DNA from: Caldisericota bacterium | GTDB lineage: Bacteria > Caldisericota > Caldisericia > JAAYUI01 | Direction of reading: 5' to 3' | Length of the DNA: 64,000 bases | Assembly (NCBI GenBank): GCA_029548865.1 | Contig: JAKPMO010000015.1 | Location: 80,445 to 144,444 of the forward strand | Shown here: positions 56,444 to 64,000 of the stretch, one piece after another | Position numbering within the stretch: position 1 is the stretch's first letter | Layout: every line of letters begins with the position of its first letter | Program-made: the position numbers and the translations under genes | The notes under the pieces: generated by a model | The model's database searches: none | What the model saw: only the letters and a program-made list of their open reading frames with translations | Told to the model about the DNA's origin: nothing

Positions 56444-57036
56444 GAAAAGTAGTTGCTCTTTTGGTGGCGCTTTCTGCTTTTACGACGGGTGCTTCAATTG
56501 CTGCGCCACAAGAAGAAAAAACTATTCAAGTGGACAAAACATATCATGTTATTGTCCTCCAGGATGAGATGGGGAAACCTGTAAAAGTTTATCCAATTGG
56601 AACCGGAAGAGTGGACAAGCCAACAAAAGAAGGTCTGCTTAAGATAATTCGCAAAATTGTTGATCCATCATGGATGCCGTTGAACACGTGGGATTTCGAG
56701 GACGCTTATGGTAAAACATGGCCCTTCCCGCCGTACAGTGAAAACAGAAGAAATCCCCTTGGTTCCAGGTTTATGCATCTTTCATGGGAAGACTATGGCA
56801 TTCACGGAACAAAAGAGCCGCTTCTTATAGGCAGGAACGTGTCTTCAGGGTGCGTAAGGATGAACATAACCGATGTGGAAGAGCTTTTTGTGATGGTTCC
56901 TGTCGGAACATACGTAAATATCAAGCCAGTCGAGGATGTACCGGACAAGTTGAAAGAATCGTTCTCTTCAACTTGGGGAATATATGACATTTTGAACCTT
57001 GCCCAAAGGAAACGGGCACAGAAAGGGGAAAATTGA
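56440..57036 (+). CDS. L,D-transpeptidase (YkuD family)
   Basis: Signal peptide, YPIGTG...PT, NPLGSRFM, YGIHGT...IGRNVSSGCVRM (catalytic His/Cys). Confidence 0.9.
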   Translation: MRKVVALLVALSAFTTGASIAAPQEEKTIQVDKTYHVIVLQDEMGKPVKVYPIGTGRVDKPTKEGLLKIIRKIVDPSWMPLNTWDFEDAYGKTWPFPPYSENRRNPLGSRFMHLSWEDYGIHGTKEPLLIGRNVSSGCVRMNITDVEELFVMVPVGTYVNIKPVEDVPDKLKESFSSTWGIYDILNLAQRKRAQKGEN

Positions 57037-58230
57037 ATGGATTGGAATTTTGCATCTAGAACAAACAGAATGAAAGGTTCTGTCATCAGAGAGCTATTGG
57101 CTTTGACACAAAAGCCTGAAATTATCTCATTTGCGGGTGGTCTTCCAGATCCGACCATGTTCCCGGTTGAGCAATTCAATGAGTGCATGTCGCATGTCAT
57201 CAAGACAATCCCGAGCGTTGTTTTCCAGTATGGTGAAACACCAGGCTACAAACCGCTTCGTGAGATTGTTGTTGAGATGACGAAAAAAGAAGGTATAAAA
57301 GATTGCACAATAGACAATGTTTGCATTACAACAGCTTCCCAGCAGGGCATTGAGCTTGTCGGAAAAATCATGGTTGATGAAGGTGATGTTGTCATAGTCG
57401 AAGGACCAACTTACCTTGCCACATTGCAGGCATGGAGTGTTTATGGTGCGAAGTATGTTACTGTAGACCTCGATGATGAAGGCATGAAGGTTGATGAACT
57501 GGAAGAGAGGCTTGAAGCAATGAAAAAAGTTGGTGTCAGGCCGAAGATGATATACACAATCCCAACCTTCCAGAACCCGGCCGGCGTTACCATGACCCTT
57601 GCCAGAAGGAAAAAACTCCTTGAGTTGGCATACAAGTACAATGTTCCGATAATTGAGGATAATCCTTATGGTGATCTCAGATTCACAGGCACACCGACCC
57701 CATCGCTCTACTCACTCGACACAAAGGGAATGGTTGTATCGCTCAAGACCTTCTCCAAAATCCTTGCACCAGGACTCAGGCTTGGCTGGATCGTTGCAAA
57801 CAAAGATTTTATCGCAAAAATTTGCATGGCAAAACAGTCAGCAGACCTCAACTCGCCAGTTATAACCCAAGCTGCAGTTGTAGAATTTGCAAAGAGAGGC
57901 TATATAGACCAGCATGTTCCAAAAATCTGCGAAGCTTATGGCAAAAAGAGACAGGCGATGGAAGTGGCCATGAAGCAGTATCTCCCGCAGGGTGTAAAGT
58001 GGACAAATGCTGAGGGTGGAATGTTCATCTGGGTTACACTTTCAAATAATATCGATACAACAGCCCTTTTCCCGAAAGCCATCGAGCATAAGGTCGCCTA
58101 TATTGTGGGATCGGCCTTCTACCCATACGGTGGTGGAGAAAGCTCCATGAGGCTGAACTTCTCATTCCCGTCATTGCCGCAGATTGATGAGGGAATCAAG
58201 AGGCTCGGAGACTTGATAAAGTCAATTTAA
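57037..58230 (+). CDS. PLP-dependent aminotransferase class I/II (LysN / 2-aminoadipate transaminase-like)
   Basis: SVIRELL, ISFAGGLPDP, IPTFQNPAG, IIEDNPYG, TFSKILAPGLRLGW, GGMFIW, MRLNFS. Confidence 0.9.
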   Translation: MDWNFASRTNRMKGSVIRELLALTQKPEIISFAGGLPDPTMFPVEQFNECMSHVIKTIPSVVFQYGETPGYKPLREIVVEMTKKEGIKDCTIDNVCITTASQQGIELVGKIMVDEGDVVIVEGPTYLATLQAWSVYGAKYVTVDLDDEGMKVDELEERLEAMKKVGVRPKMIYTIPTFQNPAGVTMTLARRKKLLELAYKYNVPIIEDNPYGDLRFTGTPTPSLYSLDTKGMVVSLKTFSKILAPGLRLGWIVANKDFIAKICMAKQSADLNSPVITQAAVVEFAKRGYIDQHVPKICEAYGKKRQAMEVAMKQYLPQGVKWTNAEGGMFIWVTLSNNIDTTALFPKAIEHKVAYIVGSAFYPYGGGESSMRLNFSFPSLPQIDEGIKRLGDLIKSI

Positions 58231-58247
58231 TATAATTGGAGGAGACA

Positions 58248-59351
58248 GTGTCCAAAAAAAGCTACAAACCAGTGCAGCAAGCAGAAGAAGCCGTCAAATC
58301 AGCAGAGACAAAGCCAGCAAGAGCAACCGCAAATCACGGCCACAGTCAGCAGGTTAAAAACCCGTTCAAGATCATTGCATACACATTCATGTCCACGACC
58401 TTGGTTCTCCTGATCATCCTGACTGCAACGCTCTTTTCGTGTTCTTCTGGCGGGGCCTCATCCTCTGATTCAAGCATTGCATCGGTGCTTGGTAAGTCTT
58501 ATGTAACACTGGGCAGAAAAGAAGTTGCTGCAAACCCAGATGACAAGAGCCAGGAAATCACTTTTTGGACATGGCAGGACAGAAACAATGCCTGGGGATA
58601 TTGCACTGTTATGGACGTCCCGAATTACCCATCAATCCTCCTCATAGTGGATGCAAACTTCAAGATTGAAAAATTGCAGGAAATGTCAGAGTTCCCGATA
58701 GCCGGCGCAGACAAGAGGGCTGAGTACAGGGACATCCTTGGCAGATACGAAGGAAGAACACTCGTTGATTTTACCTCCCTAGAGCTCAATGTTGCCGAGG
58801 GTGATACGAGGATTTTCAGGGAGATGCTCAGGGACCAGGTTGCAAGGTCACTGATGACAATGTATGTGAAGATCAACGGGGACGAGCAATTCAACACCCT
58901 GTTTCCACAGGGCATCAAGTTTGCCAAGGTTGGCACGAAGCTCAACGCCTGGTCAGTTTCTGATGCAGATGGTAAGGAAATTTCCAGCAATTATTATGCT
59001 GGAAGGAAGTATGCAATATTTACAACCACTTCGTGCGGCTCATGCATAAACACCTGCATTGGTCTTGCACAGAGACTTATTACCGAAGGCAGCATGTCTC
59101 CTGATCAGATTTCAATCGTTTTCACATCGGCAAAAGACAAGGTTGACTACCTGAAGAACCAGATGAAGGGCGAGCATCTTGTGTATGATGAAAACATGAG
59201 GGGATTTGCAAAATCCCTGAACCTTTTTGAAGGTCCTTCGATGATGCTTGTCAACTCAGAAGGTATTGTTATTGCCAAGGAACCGAGCCAGAGGCTCTCT
59301 GACCAGGTCAATGTTGACAAGGTTCTCCAGATATTCTTCAAAGAAAAATAG
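58248..59351 (+). CDS. Membrane-anchored protein with C-terminal thioredoxin/redoxin-like CxxC domain
   Basis: TM, then GTKLNAWSVSDADGKEIS...FTTTSCGSC...PSMMLVNSEGIV; GTG start after GGAGG. Confidence 0.7.
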   Translation: MSKKSYKPVQQAEEAVKSAETKPARATANHGHSQQVKNPFKIIAYTFMSTTLVLLIILTATLFSCSSGGASSSDSSIASVLGKSYVTLGRKEVAANPDDKSQEITFWTWQDRNNAWGYCTVMDVPNYPSILLIVDANFKIEKLQEMSEFPIAGADKRAEYRDILGRYEGRTLVDFTSLELNVAEGDTRIFREMLRDQVARSLMTMYVKINGDEQFNTLFPQGIKFAKVGTKLNAWSVSDADGKEISSNYYAGRKYAIFTTTSCGSCINTCIGLAQRLITEGSMSPDQISIVFTSAKDKVDYLKNQMKGEHLVYDENMRGFAKSLNLFEGPSMMLVNSEGIVIAKEPSQRLSDQVNVDKVLQIFFKEK

Positions 59352-59372
59352 ATCGTAACAGAACTGGATTAT

Positions 59373-59401
59373 AAAAGCCCACCCAGAAGGGTGGGCTTTT
59401 T
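59373..59401 (+). terminator. Intrinsic terminator
   Basis: AAAAGCCCACCC-agaa-GGGTGGGCTTTTT. Confidence 0.88.
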
Positions 59402-59589
59402 GTTTGTGGGGGTGTTTATATCTTTAAAGACGTACAGAATGCCCTTATTTTTGATTTCTAGTTTTTGGTCGAGAAATTGTGAGTGTAAGACACCAAAATC
59501 AAAAAATTGGCCCTCCAGATGGCACATAATGATAATCTGAAGGACTGGGTATCAAGAAAATTGTCATATTATGGCTGTTTGTTGTAAGA

Positions 59590-59633
59590 AATAAAAAAGA
59601 CCCTGTTCATTTTTGAACAGGGTCTTTTTTATT
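59590..59633 (-). terminator. Intrinsic terminator
   Basis: AATAAAAAAGACCCTGTTCA-ttt-TGAACAGGGTCTTTTTTATT. Confidence 0.88.
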
Positions 59634-59671
59634 ACAAACACAATCTTGGATTGTTTCGGGCAATTTTTTGG

Positions 59672-60679
59672 TCAGCTCTGTGCGCCTGGTCTCTTGCGGC
59701 TGGCCTTCACTATGAAATAGACGAGAAGGGTAATAATTCCGAATGGAATCAAAACTGCAATGATCATCAGGAGCCACAGTATTGCTTTCTGGAATGCTAC
59801 CCATATTTTTCCCAGGCCATCCACAAAACCTGAAGGACTATCGGTTGAAATGAGTCCATCTTTTGGCGAGATATCAACGGTTATTCTTGAGTATGAGGTC
59901 ATTCCTTCGAGGTATTGCATCTGACCCTTTATGCTCTCAATTTCCTGTTCCACATCGGCAATTCTGTCGTGAATCGATAGCAGATCGCCTATCTTGTCAG
60001 CTTTTGTGAGCATTGTAAGCAGGGCTTCCCTTTTCCTTGTCCTGCTGTCCAATCTTGATTTCATGTCAATGTATTCTCCAGTCACGTCTTCGGATGATGT
60101 TGTGACTGAGGCCTTGTCACCGAGTTTCAGCACTTCCTGCATTGCGTTGTCAAACTTCTGGGATGGCACCCGTATGGTTATGTTGAAATATTGTGAAGTT
60201 TTCTCCCCGGAAGATTGCATGCTGAGCACATCCCCACCGAACTTGGTGGCTATGCTGATGATGGCATTCGCAGCTTCCTGCGGTTTATCGGCCTTGAGGG
60301 ACACATTGCCATCTTTTTTCATCATCTGTTTGATGCCAATGGGTTTTGCTGTGTTGCCGGGTATCGATGCGGTTGGCACTGGTGAAGGAGCGCTTCCGGC
60401 GTATTCTGCCGTGGCGGCCATGTCGGTGGCCTTCTGTTCCATTGCTCCTCTGCCTATGCCCTGGGTGGATGATGCCGGCAATATTGCTTTTGTTTTTGCT
60501 GTGTTTTTTGAAAGGGCACCATCCGACTCATACCAATGTTCCCCTGCATCGTCGACAACATAAGCACCATTGTTTGCACCTTCATCCCTCTTGTTTTCTG
60601 GAGCTACAAGAGCAACACATGTGAGAACAACAAGCAATGCCGCAACTGAAGCAATTACAATAAATACCTTGTTTTTCAT
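59672..60679 (-). CDS. DUF4349-domain membrane protein
   Basis: ITIRVPSQKFD, SEDVTGEYIDM, EIESIKGQMQYL, YSRITV, C-terminal TM. Confidence 0.85.
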   Translation of the reverse strand: MKNKVFIVIASVAALLVVLTCVALVAPENKRDEGANNGAYVVDDAGEHWYESDGALSKNTAKTKAILPASSTQGIGRGAMEQKATDMAATAEYAGSAPSPVPTASIPGNTAKPIGIKQMMKKDGNVSLKADKPQEAANAIISIATKFGGDVLSMQSSGEKTSQYFNITIRVPSQKFDNAMQEVLKLGDKASVTTSSEDVTGEYIDMKSRLDSRTRKREALLTMLTKADKIGDLLSIHDRIADVEQEIESIKGQMQYLEGMTSYSRITVDISPKDGLISTDSPSGFVDGLGKIWVAFQKAILWLLMIIAVLIPFGIITLLVYFIVKASRKRPGAQS

Positions 60680-60725
60680 GATTTTCTCCCAAAAAGTTGA
60701 ATTTTTTGTTTCTACAAAATGTTTT

Positions 60726-61367
60726 TTAATTACTGAGACTTATCAGCACTCTTGTTCTGCCATCTGGGGGTGTGTCCTGGAGTTTTGCAATCTGGTAGAG
60801 TGCCCTTCCTTGTGAAGCTGTGACTATGGCGTTGAAAATTGGGATGATGTTTTCACCATTTATAATCAATGCCAGGGACGGGAGACCATTGTCGGTAAAC
60901 TCGGTTGGCGAATATGAAACAAGCTGAGATTTGAGGGAGAGGATCATGGCGTAAGGGTCCTGATATTTTATCCTGATGATTGTGAACCCCTCCTGGTATT
61001 GCTGTGCAGTGTCGCATGGTCCATCATTTCCGTAAGATGCCATCACTGCTGTTCCTGCTGCCTCGTCCTGGACAGGTGCCGGTGGTGGTGCGCTCTTTGC
61101 GGCAAAACCGCGATTATCAAATGTTGGTATATTTTGGGCTATCTCTAGGTTGTTTTGGGGTTGTCCTCCAAAAGGAATAGAGAAGGCAATTGCCAGCGTG
61201 GCCACGGCCGCCATGCCTATCCCGATTCCCAGTGTCCAGAAGAGTTTTGTTCTACCAGGTTGATGGAGTCTGACTTTTTGCATGACGTCAAAAGCGAACA
61301 CTGGGGGTGGTTCCTGGTGGAGTCCCCTTAAAAGTCCGGTTAGCTCTCTGTCGTCAATCTTTTTCAT
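60726..61367 (-). CDS. Putative membrane anti-sigma factor
   Basis: LRGLHQEPPPVFAFDVMQKV followed by a single TM, directly downstream of an ECF sigma gene; start at 61367 (after GGAGG) or 61379. Confidence 0.65.
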   Translation of the reverse strand: MKKIDDRELTGLLRGLHQEPPPVFAFDVMQKVRLHQPGRTKLFWTLGIGIGMAAVATLAIAFSIPFGGQPQNNLEIAQNIPTFDNRGFAAKSAPPPAPVQDEAAGTAVMASYGNDGPCDTAQQYQEGFTIIRIKYQDPYAMILSLKSQLVSYSPTEFTDNGLPSLALIINGENIIPIFNAIVTASQGRALYQIAKLQDTPPDGRTRVLISLSN

Positions 61368-61391
61368 TTCATCCTCCATACAAATCTGCGG

Positions 61392-61949
61392 TCATAATGT
61401 TCCATCAAGGGACTCCTTGAGGGCCGATCTTGCCCTGGACAGTCTTGATCTGACAGTTCCAGTTGGAATGCCAAGTATCGATGCGGCCTCTTCGTAGGAC
61501 ACCCCTTCGATGTCGCAAAGCGTTATGATTGCCCTGAAGTCCGGTTTCAAGTTGTTTAGAGCTTTTGAGACGTCCTCTTTGGTGAATTTTTGTATCACTT
61601 CTTCTTCAGGTGTCGGTGAATCGTCTGGCACCTGGAAAGGAACGTCTTCCTGCAAATCTTCTATCTGTATGGTTTCGCGTTTTTTTCTGATGTAGTTGAG
61701 TCCAGTTGTGTATGTGACCCTTCCAAGCCATGATTTAAAGGGATATTCCGGCTTGTATTTGGAAATCTGGGTGAGCACCCTCAAAAAAACCTCGGAAGAG
61801 AGATCGTAAGCGGAATCCCTGTTTCCCCTGACCAGCCTCAGCGAAAAACTGTATACAAAACCCTGATACTCATCAATAATTTCGGAGAAGGGTTCCCTGT
61901 CTCCCTTTCTGATGCACTCGGCTATTTCCAAAACCCGCTCGGGACTCAC
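61392..61949 (-). CDS. ECF RNA polymerase sigma factor
   Basis: GDREPF, AYDLSSEVF, FKSWLGRV, GVSYEEAASILGIPTGTVRSRLSRAR. Confidence 0.93.
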   Translation of the reverse strand: MSPERVLEIAECIRKGDREPFSEIIDEYQGFVYSFSLRLVRGNRDSAYDLSSEVFLRVLTQISKYKPEYPFKSWLGRVTYTTGLNYIRKKRETIQIEDLQEDVPFQVPDDSPTPEEEVIQKFTKEDVSKALNNLKPDFRAIITLCDIEGVSYEEAASILGIPTGTVRSRLSRARSALKESLDGTL

Positions 61950-62045
61950 GCAAGAGATTATATTAAATGGTTAACAAAGGGCAAGCAAAAATCAGAGAGG
62001 CTTTTTCAAATTGATTTTGGCCTGGCAGACAATACAATATCTGTC

Positions 62046-62900
62046 ATGGAAGATAACATAGAAAATAAAGAAGAGATTACCTCGGATGAACTGTGGAGAA
62101 TGGCCAATCTTGACCAGAAAGCAAGGCTTCTGGTGCAGATGGACAAATCAGTAAAACCGATCTGGATTGCTTCATTTTTTCTGGTTGCCCTTGCGATCCT
62201 TCTCTATTTTGTTGTTCCCTCCCCGGACCCTGCCATTTCAGCACTCTCTATCAATAAAAGCACTGTCGCATGCAAGTCTGATAGCAAAGCTTTTTTGATA
62301 AGGGACGGCAAGCCCATTGGAAATTTTGAGGTAGAACCGCAAACCAACATTATTGCAATTGGTGATACCAGAGTGTGTCTTGGAACGAGGACCACAGGCA
62401 AACTTACCGAGTACTCTTTTGATGGAAAAATAATAAAAAAACACCAGATTGATGAAAACGTTTTCAATATTGTCTATGAAGGGGATGAACTCTGGGTAGT
62501 AACTGCCTCTTCACTTACAAAAATTTCGGACGGCAAAAAAATCATTGCTCCTGAATATAGTGTGGCCCAGAATGTGTCTTTCTCACCGTTCCCTTCCATT
62601 ACCGATATAGATGGAATCTGGATTTATGTTGATGGGGAATGGCTGTCTTTCAAATCAAAGGATCCGATTGTCTGTGCTTTTGCTGGCGAAACTGAAATTT
62701 CACTCGTTGGAGAGGATGGCCAGGTACAAGTGTTTTCTTTTGAAGACCGCAAGATTTTGAAAAAAGAATTTGTGTCCTGGGTCAAGAGACCAGTTGTTAT
62801 GTGGGATGGTGCCATTTTTTGTGCAGATGGCGGTGAACTGGTTTCTGGTCAAATAACCGACAAGGTACCAGTTAGGCTGAAAATTTGGGAGGAGAAATGA
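62046..62900 (+). CDS. Membrane-anchored hypothetical protein (beta-rich)
   Basis: 284 aa, single TM, TTGATT-16-TACAAT 7 nt before ATG. Confidence 0.65.
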   Translation: MEDNIENKEEITSDELWRMANLDQKARLLVQMDKSVKPIWIASFFLVALAILLYFVVPSPDPAISALSINKSTVACKSDSKAFLIRDGKPIGNFEVEPQTNIIAIGDTRVCLGTRTTGKLTEYSFDGKIIKKHQIDENVFNIVYEGDELWVVTASSLTKISDGKKIIAPEYSVAQNVSFSPFPSITDIDGIWIYVDGEWLSFKSKDPIVCAFAGETEISLVGEDGQVQVFSFEDRKILKKEFVSWVKRPVVMWDGAIFCADGGELVSGQITDKVPVRLKIWEEK

Positions 62901-64000
62901 GAAGGCAAACTCTAACGCTGGTTTTTCTTTTTATTTTTTTTGCCTGTTGCGGGTGTTCGGTACCAGGTGTGCAAAAGATCTGGGGATCGGTCAGGAGAGC
63001 GCAGGTTGCCCCGGTCTCTTTTGGCAAGACAATGTTTGTTGACCAGGAAATATTCGGGTTAGTCGGGGCTGATGGAACACCAGTCTGGACTTCTACAATC
63101 AAAGGTGCAAAGAGGGTTTTTTGCAGGGCAATAGGCGATTACCTGTTTGCGTTCGGAGACTCGAGGATAATAGAAAAAGTCAGCATTGACGGAAAATCAG
63201 CCTGGAGGTTTGAGGCGCCACAGGGGAGCGGCGTCTGGCTTTTGTCTTCGAGCAAAAAAGTATGTGTCCTGGCCTATGACAGTGATACGGACTATGATCT
63301 GAACCCGATCCAGCTCATCGGGCTCTCGGCAGCTGACGGACAGGAGTCCTGGAGACTTGATGACAGGGATTACCAGGCATGCCTCATGGTTCCGGACTCG
63401 AATTTTTTTACAGATATTTTTGTGGCCCCGTTCTCAAGGGGCGAGACTGTATGGTTTGATGGCATCAACTCTGCCGATGGCAATCAGGTCTGGAGGACTT
63501 CGTGGGGTATTCCAAGACCGGGCCATCCGCTTGTCCTTGCACAGGATGAAACAAAATTTTGGGCATGGAAGGCAGAAGGGGAAGGTGTGAGGGTGGCTGT
63601 TTTTTCAAGAACTGACGGCCATGAGATTGGCTCCTCTGCCGGCCCTTCAGGATTCCTTGCTGACACCTCTTTTGTTGGAGAGAACGTTTTTATTGGTTTC
63701 AAAGATGGGAAATACAAAATCAATGCCCTTGGGAAATATGAAAAATTTGGCATGGAATATTTCCCGATTTGCCAGGTGCCAGACTATAAAAACCTCGCTG
63801 TATGCATCTCTGATGATTGCAGTTCCTTTGTTGTGATGAATATTGAAAACGGGAAGATCTTTAACGGTTTCAAGATAAATGCCTGCTACAGCGCAGTTCC
63901 AGGATACTCTTTTGGTGAATTCTACCTTGTGCCGGAGGTCTCTCCGTATGACCACCAAACTTTCAGATGTCAGTTCATTGGGGACAGGGAAATCGCAGCA
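62897..64000 (+). CDS. PQQ-like beta-propeller lipoprotein, partial (appears to run off the right edge)
   Basis: ATG 62897 after GGAGG; MRRQTLTLVFLFIFFACCGC lipobox; ADGTPVW, IDGKSAW, ADGQESW blades; absent from the ORF track, consistent with no stop inside the window. Confidence 0.7.
   Translation, partial: MRRQTLTLVFLFIFFACCGCSVPGVQKIWGSVRRAQVAPVSFGKTMFVDQEIFGLVGADGTPVWTSTIKGAKRVFCRAIGDYLFAFGDSRIIEKVSIDGKSAWRFEAPQGSGVWLLSSSKKVCVLAYDSDTDYDLNPIQLIGLSAADGQESWRLDDRDYQACLMVPDSNFFTDIFVAPFSRGETVWFDGINSADGNQVWRTSWGIPRPGHPLVLAQDETKFWAWKAEGEGVRVAVFSRTDGHEIGSSAGPSGFLADTSFVGENVFIGFKDGKYKINALGKYEKFGMEYFPICQVPDYKNLAVCISDDCSSFVVMNIENGKIFNGFKINACYSAVPGYSFGEFYLVPEVSPYDHQTFRCQFIGDREIAA

Overview
Bacterial chromosomal window spanning the probable replication origin region: dnaA, a candidate oriC immediately downstream of dnaA, dispersed DnaA-box clusters, parA-parB, a perfect parS site, mnmG, tmRNA and tRNA-Ser. 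The anaerobic gene content (group 3b [NiFe] hydrogenase) and the envelope proteins (C-terminal copper-amine-oxidase-N 'stalk' domains, PEGA proteins, many beta-propeller lipoproteins) suggest a Caldisericota-like anaerobe; this is inference, not a database result. The most striking feature is a pair of paralogous secreted proteins of about 3,000 aa (31.6-40.6 kb and 45.8-55.1 kb), rich in Cys and acidic Ca-binding-like motifs, lying next to the origin. Each is a stand-alone transcription unit with a consensus sigma54 (-24/-12) promoter, a structured 5' UTR that opens with a hairpin at the predicted +1, the same ribosome-binding context and a strong terminator. The second is preceded by a stand-alone Fis/bEBP-type HTH gene flanked by palindromic candidate binding sites. 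Together these look like a sigma54-controlled giant sheath/S-layer-type envelope system. Other oddities: a phased array of direct-repeated parS half-sites upstream of tmRNA-parAB, a TPR-Lon protease fusion without AAA+ coupled to a degenerate cyclophilin, a divergent MnmG, a dnaA-HRDC-hisS gene order (no dnaN), and frequent leaderless genes including dnaA. No CRISPR array, transposase, integrase or reverse transcriptase was seen.
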